Part shown: piece after piece, positions 11,050-23,088 of the stretch
How positions within the stretch are numbered: the stretch's first letter is position 1
How the letters are laid out: every line of letters begins with the position of its first letter
Assembly (NCBI RefSeq): GCF_046119375.1
Contig: NW_027362765.1
Span: forward strand, 434,186,001 to 434,250,000
DNA length: 64,000 bases
Direction: 5' to 3'
Source: Phyllobates terribilis
Lineage: Eukaryota
Translations under genes and position numbers: made by a program
Notes under the pieces: model-generated
Databases searched by the model: none
What the model was told of the DNA's origin: nothing
What the model saw: the letters and a program-made list of their open reading frames with translations, nothing else

Positions 11050-14000
11050 TTACTCTCCCCAGGATGACACAGGGGTAGAAAAGTCGTTTCGGATCCATGA
11101 TTTGTTCATCTTTATGAACGTGAGTCTGTCTACATTATCAGTGGAGAGCCGCGTGCGCTTATCTGTCAGCACACCACCAGCAGCGCTGAACACACGTTCA
11201 GACAGAACGCTGGCTGCGGGGCATGACAAGATCTCCAAGGCGCAAGTGGCTAGCTCCGGCCATTTATCCAGATTGGAAGCCCAAAAAGAGCAAGGGTCCA
11301 GTGACACAGTCGTGGCTTCAATGTTTACTTGGAGATACTCCTGTACCATCGTCTCTAGGAGTTGACTATGTGTCAGACTTCTTGTCTCCTGTGGCCTTGC
11401 AAAGGATGGGCTAAAAAAGTGGTGAAATGATTCCGCAAAATTGATGTTACCACCAGATACTGTGGTTCTGTTATGGTTTGAGTGCTGAACACTTGACGGT
11501 CCCACGGTTGGCAAGTTGGAACTGTGAGATTCACTACGTGCACCTCTGGTATTTTGTGGAAAAGCACATGTAAGATTCTGCAACAGTCTCTGCTGATACT
11601 CCTGCATGCGTGCATCCCTTTCTATGGCAGGAATAATTTCTGCAAATTTACTTTTGTACCGGGGATCTAACAGTGTGGCAACCCAGTAGTCAGGATTATT
11701 TCTAATTCTCACAATTCGAGGGTCATGTTGCAGCAAGAAGGCACTCATGTGTGTTGCGCATCCAGGAGCACCAAGTCCCTGTTGTGTTGGTGGCGAGGTA
11801 ACAATCATGCTTCCTTCCTCTGTCCTCTCCCCCCAACCTCGCACAACAGAAATGTGATCAAGGTCTCCCTCATCTAATGAGTCTTCCATCAGTTCGTCCT
11901 CCACTTCTTCCTGGGCTCCTGCACCTTCCTCACTAGTTTGGCTGCTACCATGCGCCCTGGTAAAACCATCTCCCCCACCCTCCCATGCCTGCCGCCTTGG
12001 TGCTGCCGACCGTCTGGACCTTGCAGATGTTAGCCCTTCCGCATACAACTCCTCCTCCTCTACTTCCTCCACCTCCTCTTGTGCCACCACCTGACTCCGA
12101 ATTCTGTTTAACATGTGCTCCAGCATGTAAATCACCGGAATAGTGATGCTGATAATGACATCGTCAGCACTAAACATCTTCGTCGCCATTTCAAAACTGT
12201 GCAGAAGGGTGCATAGGTCCCTGATCTGAGACCACTCCTCCAGCGTGATTTGCCCCACCTCTGAATCTCGTTGGCCCAGGCTATACGTCAGAACGTATTG
12301 CACCAGGGCTTGTCGGTGCTGCCACAGTCGCTGCAACATGTGCAGAGTTGAATTCCACCGGGTAGGCACATCGCATTTTAGCCGGTGAAGTGGCAGGCCC
12401 AACGACTTCTGTAGAGATGTAAGTCGCTGAGCTGCGGGATGCGAACGGCGGAAGTGAGCACACAGCGACCGTGCCCTCTGCAGAAGGCCATCTAGTCTGG
12501 GATAGTGGGCTAAAAATTGCTGGACAACCAGGTTCAACACGTGAGCCATACAAGGCACGTGTGTGACATTGCCCCGGCGAAGGGCCGCACCCAGGTTTGC
12601 AGCATTGTCGCAAACGGCCTTCCCTGGTTTCAGGTCCAGTGGAGACAACCATTCATGAAATTGGTTCTCCAGAGCTGACCACAACTCCTCAGCTGTGTGA
12701 CTCACATTTCCCAGACATTTCAATGTAAAAACCGCCTGATGACGTTGAGCCCTACTGCCAGCATAGTAAGGAGGTGTGCAGGATCCCTTCTGCGCAGTTA
12801 GAAAGCTTGTGGCATGACCAGACAGGCTTTGGGTGCAGGTGGAAGACCGAGAGGAGGTTGAGGAGGCAGAAGCAGTGGAGGAACTTTGACATAAAGAGGA
12901 TTGACGCACAACTCGTGGGAACGGCAAGACTTGGACAGCAGCCCCTTGTCCTGCTGTCACCATAGTTACCCAGTGCCCAGTCAGTGACATGTAACGCCCC
13001 TGTCCATGCCTACTCGTCCAAGTGTCTGTGGTGAAATGCACCCTGTCACACACAGAGTTTCTCAAAGAAGCGGTGATGTTGTGTGCGACATGCTGGTGGA
13101 GCGCAGGCACACCTTTCTTTGAGAAGTAGTGCCGACTGGGCATCTGGTGCTGGGGCACTGCGACGGACATAAGGTCTCGAAAATCCTCTGTGTCCACCAG
13201 GCGGAAAGGCAGCATTTCTGTAGCCAAGAGCTTGCAGATGGTGAAATTCAACCTCTTAGCTTTCTCATGGCTAGGAGGAAATGGTCTTTTACTTGTCCAC
13301 ATCTGAGGGACCGAGGGCTGGCTATTGTGCTTAGACGGGGTTGATAAGGGTGTCCCCGGCAAACTGCCGGTCTGTGAGGAAGATGCAGGCGGACATGTTA
13401 GGTTGCCTTGATCCAAAGGTGGTGCTATCGATGTCGGACAGCGCTCAACACCAGCTGCTGTTACCACCTCCAAAGAAAATGATGACCTGCCAATCATGCT
13501 GGCTGTTGCGGGTAAAGAGGTTGCAGGTCTGCGCCCCAAAACAGGTGTGACTGCTGTCCCCCCAGTCACAGAGGATGAAGAGGCCGCGGATGCACAAGAT
13601 ATGGCAGACGGTGGTTGGCCCGGCCGGCTAGGCCGCATTGTAGCACACTGAGCTTCCCACTGCAACTTATGCTTCATGTCCATGTGCCGGTTCATGCATG
13701 AAGTACTCAAACTATGTATTTTTTGGCCTCTACTTAGCTTTTGCTGACAAATGTTACAGATAACACGAGTTGGGTCATCTTTATCGATCTGAAAAAATGC
13801 CCAGGCTATGCAAGGCTTAGCACCCATGCGACCTGAAGAGCCACCACGACTTGTGGTGAGAGGCAGAGTTGTGTTTGAGGATGCAGTTGTTGACGTGCTT
13901 CCAGTACTACGTCTCTGTCCAGGAAGGCGCAACCTGACCTCGTCGTCACTAGCATCTTCCTCCACCTCCTCTGCTGACCTCATCTCTTGGCTGACTGTGG

Positions 14001-14742
14001 GTTGACAGTAAGTGGGATCTCCAAACTCATCATCATCACCCTGTGTGTTATCACACCCGTCGTCCTCAGAGCCAACCTGTTCCTGCCCTGACAAAAAACT
14101 AAAGTTTTCGCTCCAATCGGGTATTTGAGTCTTATCATCGTCTTCCTCATTGTCTCCACCAACAGGAGTTACAGTTTGGGAATGAGGGTCTACATTATGG
14201 TCAGAACCTTCTGCGTCTGGTCCTGGATCCGACTCATAAAGATTCTGGGCATCAGTGCAGATCATTTCCTCGTCTGGATTCACAGAAGCGCTGGAGTCGA
14301 CCTCGGATTCCCAGGCTATAGTATGAGTAAACAGCTCTGCAGACTCAACCATCTGTTCTACCTCATACTCAGACGGGCAGCTGGAGATTTGGGAGCTGTG
14401 AGGAAGCAAGTGCGATTTGGGTGACACCTTTGAGGACTGGAGTATTTGTGATGTTGAAGTTGATGTGGAGGAGAGCCCACTTAAAGGAGCACTTGATATC
14501 CGTTGAAGCACCTGCTGTTTTTGTGCCTCATCTGGAATTTGTAGCGATTGGCGTGGCCGTAAGAAAGGGATCTTATTACATTGTCCGCTAAAAGAAGTAG
14601 ACATTTTAGTTTGGCTGGAAGATGGTCTTTCTTCTGCAGATGTTACTGTTGCTTTAACACCTACCCCACGGACACAACCTTTTTTCCCCTTCCCAACACG
14701 CCTATTCCCCTTTCCACCAGCAGCAGGCCTTTTTCCACTCAT
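11050..14742 (-). CDS. hAT transposase, 1230 aa, uninterrupted ORF (BED finger, DDE core, C-terminal dimerisation domain)
   Basis: BED finger (AWAFF...VICNICQQKLSRG...STSCMNRHMDMKH). Catalytic motifs TTDTWTS, VCDNAAN, CMAH, TRWNS and SERVFS. C-terminal ELATCALEILSCPAAS...RTRLS...LTFIKMN. Confidence 0.92.
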   Translation of the reverse strand: MSGKRPAAGGKGNRRVGKGKKGCVRGVGVKATVTSAEERPSSSQTKMSTSFSGQCNKIPFLRPRQSLQIPDEAQKQQVLQRISSAPLSGLSSTSTSTSQILQSSKVSPKSHLLPHSSQISSCPSEYEVEQMVESAELFTHTIAWESEVDSSASVNPDEEMICTDAQNLYESDPGPDAEGSDHNVDPHSQTVTPVGGDNEEDDDKTQIPDWSENFSFLSGQEQVGSEDDGCDNTQGDDDEFGDPTYCQPTVSQEMRSAEEVEEDASDDEVRLRLPGQRRSTGSTSTTASSNTTLPLTTSRGGSSGRMGAKPCIAWAFFQIDKDDPTRVICNICQQKLSRGQKIHSLSTSCMNRHMDMKHKLQWEAQCATMRPSRPGQPPSAISCASAASSSSVTGGTAVTPVLGRRPATSLPATASMIGRSSFSLEVVTAAGVERCPTSIAPPLDQGNLTCPPASSSQTGSLPGTPLSTPSKHNSQPSVPQMWTSKRPFPPSHEKAKRLNFTICKLLATEMLPFRLVDTEDFRDLMSVAVPQHQMPSRHYFSKKGVPALHQHVAHNITASLRNSVCDRVHFTTDTWTSRHGQGRYMSLTGHWVTMVTAGQGAAVQVLPFPRVVRQSSLCQSSSTASASSTSSRSSTCTQSLSGHATSFLTAQKGSCTPPYYAGSRAQRHQAVFTLKCLGNVSHTAEELWSALENQFHEWLSPLDLKPGKAVCDNAANLGAALRRGNVTHVPCMAHVLNLVVQQFLAHYPRLDGLLQRARSLCAHFRRSHPAAQRLTSLQKSLGLPLHRLKCDVPTRWNSTLHMLQRLWQHRQALVQYVLTYSLGQRDSEVGQITLEEWSQIRDLCTLLHSFEMATKMFSADDVIISITIPVIYMLEHMLNRIRSQVVAQEEVEEVEEEELYAEGLTSARSRRSAAPRRQAWEGGGDGFTRAHGSSQTSEEGAGAQEEVEDELMEDSLDEGDLDHISVVRGWGERTEEGSMIVTSPPTQQGLGAPGCATHMSAFLLQHDPRIVRIRNNPDYWVATLLDPRYKSKFAEIIPAIERDARMQEYQQRLLQNLTCAFPQNTRGARSESHSSNLPTVGPSSVQHSNHNRTTVSGGNINFAESFHHFFSPSFARPQETRSLTHSQLLETMVQEYLQVNIEATTVSLDPCSFWASNLDKWPELATCALEILSCPAASVLSERVFSAAGGVLTDKRTRLSTDNVDRLTFIKMNKSWIRNDFSTPVSSWGE

Positions 14743-14856
14743 TTTGGTGGTTAACTAATTCACAACTCTGGAGTTGTTTGCACAAAAAAACAATGGATGG
14801 TAACCGAGCAGAGCTGAGTGGCCAAACTGTGGTATTAGGCCAAAACTATTGGCTGG

Positions 14857-15420
14857 GTTAGATGCAGAAAAAAATATATTCACTATATTTTTTCAGAGGT
14901 ACTGTAGATGCAGATAAAAATTAGTTTTAATTTGCAACCTGATGGAGGTCAGTATAGATGGACTAATAGAGAAAGTCCGACACACTGCTAGAAGGCCAAA
15001 TATTTTTTCAGAGCTAGATGCAGAAAAAAATTATATTCAGTTTGCAACCTGATGGAGGTCAGTATAGATGGATTAATAGAACAAGACCCACACACAGCTA
15101 GAAGCCCAATATTTTTTCAGAGGTAGATGCAGAAAAAAATATATTCAGTTTGCAACCTGATGGAGGTCAGTATAGATGGACTAATACAACAAGTCCCACA
15201 CACAGCTAGAAGCCCAAATATTTTTTCAGAGGTACTGTAGATGCAGATAAAAATTATTTTTAATTTGCAACCTGATGGACGTCAGTATAGATGGACTAAT
15301 ACAACAAGTCCCACACACAGCTAGAAGCCCAAATATTTTTTCAGAGGTACTGTAGATGCAGATAAAAATTAGTTTTAATTTGCAACCTGATGGAGGTCAG
15401 TATAGATGGACTAATAGAAT
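14857..15420 (-). repeat. ~110-bp tandem repeat upstream of the transposase, ~5 copies
   Basis: GACTAATA(G/C)A recurs at 14961, 15071, 15179, 15294 and 15409. Same unit as 21921-23088. Confidence 0.9.
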
Positions 15421-16536
15421 GATGCTATGCCCAAAAGATTTTACTTCACTAGGTGCAGTAAAAAAATTGGTATTCTATACACAGGTGGTATATCTTGCAA
15501 CACAGATAGGCTACTCCACTGACTAACACACTCTGCAATAGGCCAAAAAGGATTAGCTTTGCTAGATTCAGCCAAATGCTGTGAAAAAAACTTGCACAGC
15601 ACTGGCACAGACCTGCCTGGCAAAAACTGATAGGAACTGATGTAACCTAGTCCTGAAAAGGACTCCAATTACAATTAGTCTTTACTCCCACAACCTATCT
15701 ATTTAAGAGCACAGACCTCCCTGATAAAAGTCGTAGGAAATGCTGTAACCTAGTCCTTAAAAGGACTGCAATCACAACTATTTCCTACTCCCAAGCTATC
15801 TGTATATTTGTGCGAAAATTGGCTTGAAATTAACAAGGTATAGCGCACACAGCAACAGCGGTGCCGTCTAACATGCAGCTGCAGCAGTGAGAAAATGGTG
15901 GCGATGGGGAAAATGGCTTGGTCTTATAGGGCAAGGACATGTGACATACACTGCCAATGACACATGCCCTTGCTTGTGTGAAAAAAAGCACTTCGCTCCG
16001 TGTGTGCGCTGCTGATAGGCTCACAGATTGCACCTCCCCACTGCAAATGCGGGAAAGAGAAAAAAAAATGGAGATCTTCATTGTTCCTGCAGAGATCCAT
16101 CCCCTGCCCCTCCCCCCACCCCGCTGTACACTCAAACTGCGTATTAACATTAATTTTCATCATTACTGAGAAAAAATCCAGTTATGATTTTGGTGCACGA
16201 ACAGTTATCGAACATAACCTCGAACAGCCGAATTTTTCTCAAATTGTTCGTGTTCGCCGAACGGCTCGAACACCGCCCAAAACAGCTCGAATTTGAGATT
16301 GGCGAACAGTTCGAGTAGAACAACGCTCATCTCTAGTCTATAGCCATAAATATAATAATGTCTTAGGAGACAAGGGGGTCAGTGGGCTTATACCACTAAT
16401 GCGGACTCCTTTTCCCGTTGGCATAATACTACTCAGACAACAGAGAGTGAAGGTAAAACAGTGTGGCAATACTTTATTGGGCCACCAAACATACAATAAC
16501 ATAGAACATTCCCAGCAAAATACCCAAGATGGTGCA

Positions 16537-17696
16537 TGTCAGAGATTCACAGGGATTCACAAGCACACGATTCCGATTACTCACTAAATAGCTATCGGCA
16601 AGCGACCAGTGAGTTTATGGTGTACACACCTCCAGATTCCAATGCATGGAATATGTGTATATGCCCCCATACGGTCACTGCCAGCTTCACGATAGCCCGA
16701 CTACGATTATGCACTGCAAACACGATCAGATTTGAATAACAATACAGGCCTGATCGGACGCCGTTATTACTGGTAGCATATGGCTTTGGGGGAGGAATGA
16801 TTACAGAGCAAAACAAACAAAACTATTAAATTTTATATTTAATCCAAAAGGGAAGCAGTGTTTATGAAAAATGTACAAAGGTTTTACAAATGGAGACAAT
16901 GCAGTACAGAATATATAGTTACACCAAAATAAAAAGGATTAATACAAGACTTACTAGACCGATCTCAGAGATGATTCAGTTTAGCTGGAGGGAAGGTGCT
17001 ACAAAATATGTAACTTCCGGAATGAGTATGGGCCCATCTTCAGCTGAGTCTTTAATGCCGAAGGGGGGACCTGCCCACACACGCCCCTGTGATGACCTCA
17101 CATGAGTGAGGCTCCACCCTTCAAGTTTTTATTAAAAACACTAACTTCTGGGATAACTCCTTGCTGGTTGATCGCCGAAGCTCGCAAGAGATACCATATT
17201 TTTTATTACGAGTTTACCTTTCTTCAGAGACCACACATGGCAAAGCTTTGGACTGTTATTGTTGTACTTTGGCATTATGGCTCACCGGAAGTGTTCACAG
17301 ATCCGGAAAAATGTGTATTGTTCCTTAGCAGACCCTGCTGCTAAAAATATGTGTCCTAATATTATCGGAAGTGAAGAACTTCCGATATTCTATATTTTGT
17401 GTCGGTGCCGGCGAGACTGCAGATTTCTGCTGACCAAATGAGGACGCTCTGGAAGTGAGAGGGAATTCTTTTTGAAGCTGGGAGCTGCATCCTCCTTACC
17501 TGGGTGTATATTTATCACAGGCTTGTGCTACTAGGAAATACATTTGTATGTTAATTTGAATGGACAAGTGAGTTTGCCACCTCTCCTGTGTGTGCTGTGA
17601 TTTGCATGGAGAGCTTCTTTTACTCTGACAGATGGTTGATAAGGGAGGGGGGAAGAGGGGCTTGGGGGAGAGATATTCTTAATATTTTCAATGACA
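16537..17696. mobile_element. Probable solo-LTR-like insertion (~1.16 kb)
   Basis: TGTCA...TGACA inverted ends. Absent from the paralogous intron (~32245). Flanks GTGCA/GTATA give only an imperfect TSD. Confidence 0.45.
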
Positions 17697-18669
17697 GTAT
17701 AAAATTACACAGTCTCATTTTCCGCTGACTCACCGGGATTAGAGCATAGGTTTTGCAGAACAAAAAAATGCACTCTAACATAAAATTAAAGTGCATAGGT
17801 TATCATAGTGGATAGACTGCGGTAGAAACCTATAAATCAATAAATAAAAGAAATACAAGTGCCTTTTTAATAAGTTCTACCTATATTATCCAGAGCCATT
17901 ACTTATTGTAGCCATTAACATTGCAGATTTGTATGGGAAGTGCATATTCATTCAAAGTAGCCACATTCAAGATAGTCACATAGTATTACTTGCAGTCTTT
18001 AGATAGTGAGCCTGTGTGTCTGAGCCACCACCCAGACACACACAGGCTTAGACACACACAGCCCAGATACAATCGGCCAATCAGTGACCACTTTGCTCTC
18101 CCTTCTTTGGACAAATCAATCATCCAGGGGAAATTAGAGCTGTGGCTGGAACCTCAAGCCCCCACGGGAGGTGAGTATAGATGGTACTATTTGATAAGGG
18201 GAAAACACGGTGAATGAGTATGGGTTATCGTTGTAGTGAACAACCTTTTTAACTCCTGTCTCTGATTTTCCTTCTCTTGGTATAGTGTTGTACTCCTTAG
18301 TTACACTGGTACCAGAGTCTGATTCTAAAGCTTTACTTAATTTTGTTTCCACTTATAGACGTTCTCCATTTAATAAATTCTTAAACTCCTTAAAGTGGTA
18401 TCTTCAGCTTCATTCTTAATATGCTCTTTTAGGTTAAAGGAGAAAATGCACTCCTGTAACACATCTATGGTGGAAGGATGGCAGGGTCCACACTGCTGGC
18501 ATCCTGATTCAGACCGCAGTTGTCCAGTTCAGTGCCCCTGGCCAGCAGTGTAGCCTTATCATTGTTTATTACACATTTATATAATGTTTCATGCAGAATA
18601 GGAATACTTTTTTGACAATATTTCAGTGAATTATTTTTGGAAATTACCATTTTCCTTATCTTTTTTTAG

Positions 18670-18987
18670 GTTCAGACATGTCTTTAACACTGGTAAATGG
18701 CAATGGTCAATGTAATGGCCGTGTTGAAATCCTTTATAACGGAGCATGGGGAACTGTGTGCGATGATTATTGGGATATTAATGCTGCACAAGTTGTATGC
18801 CGGCAGTTAAATTGTGGCCAAGCTCTTGCATTTAATGGCAGTGCTGCATTTGGCCAAGGACAAGGATTAATTGTATTGGATGATGTGCAATGTACTGGTA
18901 ATGAACTACACGTATGGGACTGTCCACACCAATCATTTACAGTACATAACTGTGGACACAATGAAGATGCTGGAGTCGTCTGCTCAG
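18670..18987 (+). CDS. Exon encoding group B SRCR domain A1 of a DMBT1-like scavenger receptor
   Basis: AG at 18668-9 and GT at 18988-9. 318 bp, phase 1-1. [28 protein letters not shown]...[14 protein letters not shown] with 8 Cys. The ortholog cannot be assigned from the domain alone. Confidence 0.92.
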
Positions 18988-19520
18988 GTATATTTGAATG
19001 GATTAAATCCTATGTAGTCATCTGTTATCCTATCATGTTGTTTGCATAGATGTTCAAGTTGAGCATATCTTCATACTTTCTAACACTAAGGATGCCTCAA
19101 ACAATAAATAGCTTTTCTTAAGAAAATCTTAATGGACTGAGGTACTTTGGTTCCTTCCTTATTGTATCTCAATTAGTAAGTGGTTTTATGTGGGAGCAGA
19201 ATTCCTTTGTGAGGTCATCAACACCCCAATAATGTAATCCTGATGGTTTTTCAACAGTAGCAATGATCTAACAAAGAACATTTTAAACTTTCAACGCTTC
19301 TTATTATAATTTTATTTTAGAAATGTTATTCTTTTTTCTAAATGAATTATCAAGAGAGATTAGGATTAATTATCCTGATAGATTAGGGTCCCAGGGGTGG
19401 GACTTGAATCTGTTACCTAATAATGGCATATCCAAATAATAAATGTGTTAGTTGGGAATATACCCTTGAGATAATGTATGGTAGATTGTTTTTGGAAGTC
19501 ACTGATTATCTTTTTCTTTG

Positions 19521-19706
19521 GACGTGGTTTTGAGGCTGATAAAAGATAGTGGTTCTGTAGAAATCCTCTTTAATGAATCAGGAGAAACTAGTTTTGATAA
19601 TTACTGTCAAACAAGGGATGCACAAGTTGTATGCCAGTAGTTAGAGTTTGACAATGCTCTTATATTTCAAAGCAATGCTGCTTTTTGCCAAGAGCAAGGA
19701 GTCATA
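19521..19706 (+). pseudogene. Degenerate SRCR pseudo-exon (5' half)
   Basis: LRLIKDSGSVEILFNES...DAQVVCQ*LEFDNALIFQSNAAFCQEQGVI aligns with LRLVNG...GRVEILYNG...[30 protein letters not shown]. Has a stop codon and is truncated by a repeat. Confidence 0.65.
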
Positions 19707-20358
19707 TTTTTACAAAAAAAAATTCTCTTTTAGCCCCAAATTTAGCATTTTTACAAGGGTAACAGAAGAATATGCATCAAAAAATATGTTGTGCAATTTC
19801 TCTGGCGTATGCCGATATCTCACATATGGTGGAAAGGTACTATTTGGTCGCATGGCAGGTCTAGAAAGGAAAGGAGCGCTATTTGACTTTTGGAACTCAA
19901 AATTGTCTGGAATCTTTAGCGGATATAATATCACATTTGGAGATCCCCTGATGTGCCTAAACAGAGGAATGTCCCCCCATTTAGGAAATTACACCCCTCC
20001 AGAAATTAATCCAGATGTGTGGTGAACACTTTGAACCCCCAGGTGCTTCACAGAATTTTATAACTTTGAGCCGTGACAATAAAAGAATCAAACTTTTCCG
20101 ACAAAAATGTGGTTTAGCCCAATTTTTTTTTATTTTACAAGTGAAACAAGATAAATTACACCCTATAACTTTTTGTACAATTTCTCTTGAGTACACTGAC
20201 ACCCCATATGTGGAAAAAAAAGTAATGTTTGTTCGCACACCAGGGCTCAGAAGGGAAGGAGAGTTATTTGACGTTTTGAACTCAAAATTGGCTGAAATCG
20301 TTGGTTGATTCCATGTCGCATTTGGAGAGCCCCTGATGTGCCTAAACAGTGAAAACTT
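19706..20358. repeat. DNA-transposon internal fragment with ~386-bp period (piggyBac/Tx1D-like from recall)
   Basis: GAGA(T/G)CCCCTGATGTGCCTAAACAG at ~19939 and ~20325. No TIRs seen. Family assignment is from memory only. Confidence 0.45.
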
Positions 20359-20407
20359 CCACAGTAAATTGATTTTGGAAATGACCATTCTACCTTTTTT
20401 ATTTCAG

Positions 20408-20725
20408 GTTTAGACATGTCTTTAAGACTTGTAAATGGCAATGGTCAATGTAACGGTCGTGTTGAAATCCTCTATAACGGAGCGTGGGGAACTGTGTGTG
20501 ATGATTATTGGGATATTAATGCTGCACAAGTTGTATGCCGGCAATTAAAATGTGGCCAAGCTCTGGCATTTAATGGCAGTGCTGCATTTGGCCAAGGACA
20601 AGGACTAATTGTATTGGATGATGTGCAATGTACCGGTAATGAACAACACGTATGGGACTGTCCACACCAACCATTTACAGTACATAACTGTGGACACAAT
20701 GAAGATGCTGGCGTCGTCTGCTCAG
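20408..20725 (+). CDS. Exon encoding group B SRCR domain B1
   Basis: AG at 20406-7 and GT at 20726-7. 318 bp, phase 1-1, 8 Cys. Confidence 0.92.
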
Positions 20726-21920
20726 GTATAGTTGAACTAATGAAATCTTATTTAGTCATTTGTTATCATGCGTTTAACATAGATGTTCATACAGATCATA
20801 TTTCATTTTAAATATTCTACTATATATATTTTTAATACTTTTCTGTAAATATTTTTTTGCATATTTGTCAAAGCACGAGTAAATCTCATGTACTAACATG
20901 TTCTACCACAATCAGGTCCCACCAATAAGATCCACTTCTATTTTGAACAGAGGGCCAGACTACTGTCATTGAAGAGGTGGCTGCTCATGTGAGGGTTTAC
21001 CAATAGAGATGAGCGTTGTTCTACTCGAACTGTTCGCCAATCTCAAATTCGAGCTGTTTTGGGCGGTGTTCGAGCCGGTCGGCGAACACGAACAATTTGA
21101 GAAAAATTCGGCTGTTCGAGGTTATGTTCGATAACTGTTCGTGCACCAAAATCATAACTGGATTTTTTCTCAGTAATGATGAAAATTAATGTTAATACGC
21201 AGTTTGAGTGTACAGCGGGGCGGGGGGAGGGGCAGGGGATGGATCTCTGCAGGAACAATGAAGATCTCCATTTTTTTTTCTCTTTCCCGCATTTGCAGTG
21301 GGGAGGTGCAATCTGTCAGCCTATCAGCAGCGCACACACGGAGCGAAGTGCTTTTTTTCACACAAGCAAGGGCATGTGTGATTGGCAGTGTATGTCACAT
21401 GTCCTTGCCCTATAAGACCAAGCCATTTTCCCCGTTGCCACCATTTTCTCACTGCTGCAGCTGCGTGTTAGACGGCACCGCTGTTGCTGTGTGCGCTATA
21501 CCTTGTTAATTTAAAGCCAATTTTCGCACAAATATACAGATAGCTTGGGAGTAGGCAATAGTTGTGATTGCAGTCCTTTTAAGGACTAGGTTACAGCATT
21601 TCCTACGACTTTTATCAGGCAGGTCTGTGCTCTTAAATAGATAGATTGTGGGAGTAAAGACTAATTGTAATTGGAGTCCTTTTCAGGACTAGGTTACATC
21701 AGTTCCTATCAGTTTTTGCCAGGCAGGTCTGTGCCAGTGCTGTGCAAGTTTTTTTCACAGCATTTGGCTGAATCTAGCAAAGCTAATCCTTTTTGGCCTA
21801 TTGCAGAGTGTGTTAGTCAGTGGAGTAGCCTATCTGTGTTGCAAGATATACCACCTGTGTATAGAATACCAATTTTTTTACTGCACCTAGTGAAGTAAAA
21901 TCTTTTGGGCATAGCATCAT

Positions 21921-23088
21921 TCTATTAGTCCATTTATACTGACCTCCATCAGGTTGCAAATTAAAAATAATTTTTTTCTTCATTTAGCTCTGAAAAAATA
22001 TTTGGGCTTCTAGCAGTGTGTGGGACTTGGTCTATTAGTCCATCTATACTGACCTCCATCAGGTTGCAAATTAAAAATAATTTTTTTCTTCATTTAGCTC
22101 TGAAAAAATATTTGGGCTTCTAGCAGTGTGTGGGACTTGGTCTATTAGTCCATCTATACTGACCTCCATCAGGTTGCAAATTAAAAATATTTTTTTTCTT
22201 CATTTAGCTCTGAAAAAATATTTGGGCTTCTAGCAGTGTGTGGGACTTGTTCTATTAGTCCTTCTATACTGACGTCCAGCAGGTTGCAAATTGAATATAA
22301 TTTTTTTCTGCATCTAGCTCTGAAAAAATATTTGGGCTTCTAGCGGTGTGTGGGACTTGGTCTATTAGTCCATCTATACTGACCTCCATCAGGTTGCAAA
22401 TTAAAAATAATTTTTTTCTGCATCTAGCTCTGAAAAAATATTTGGGCTTCTAGCAGTGTGTGGGACTTGGTCTATTAGTCCATCTATACTGACCTCCATC
22501 AGGTTGCAAATTAAAAATAATTTTTTTCTTCATTTAGCTCTGAAAAAATATTTGGGCTTCTAGCAGTGTGTGGGACTTGTTCTATTAGTCCTTCTATACT
22601 GACCTCCAGCAGGTTGCAAATTGAATATAATTTTTTTCTGCATCTAGCTCTGAAAAAATATTTGGGCTTCTAGCGGTGTGTGGGACTTGGTCTATTAGTC
22701 CATCTATACTGACCTCCATCAGGTTGCAAATTAAAAATAATTTTTTTCTGCATCTAGCTCTGAAAAAATATTTGGGCTTCTAGCGGTGTTTGGGACTTGG
22801 TCTATTAGTCCATCTATACTGACCTCCATCAGGTTGCAAATTAAAAATAATTTTTTTCTGCATCTAGCTCTGAAAAAATATTTGGGCTTCTAGCAGTGTG
22901 TGGGACTTGGTCTATTAGTCCATCTATACTGACCTCCATCAGGTTGCAAATTGAATAAAAAAATTTTCTGCATCTAGCTCTGAAAAAATATTTGGGCTTC
23001 TAGCGGTGTGTGGGACTTGGTCTATTAGTCCATCTATACTGACCTCCATCAGGTTGCAAATTCAAAATAATTTTTTTCTGCATCTAAC
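21921..23088 (+). repeat. 110-bp tandem repeat, ~10.6 copies
   Basis: TCTATTAGTC at 21921, 22031, 22141 ... 23021 with an exact 110-bp period. Ends ~115 bp before the transposase ATG. Confidence 0.97.

Larger units (their letters stand above)
6573..16335 (-). mobile_element. Composite hAT DNA transposon, copy 1 (9763 bp)
   Basis: Imperfect TIRs TAGTGTTGAGCC / TAGAGATGAGCG. Perfect 8-bp TSD GTCTATAG at 6565-6572 and 16336-16343. Empty paralogous site at 32028-32035. Carries a hAT transposase ORF. Confidence 0.95.

Noticed and set aside
11050-14742. Domesticated host gene (ZBED4/ZBED6)
   Set aside because: It lies between TIRs with a TSD, has several recent copies and has a single BED finger, so it is a transposon gene.
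18128-18170. Candidate small spacer exon (CAG|...|GTGAGT; paralog near 34283-34325)
   Set aside because: 43 bp is not a multiple of three and cannot join phase 1-1 SRCR exons in frame. No support without RNA data.
21921-23088. CRISPR-like array
   Set aside because: Head-to-tail 110-bp units with no unique spacers, in eukaryotic DNA with no cas genes.
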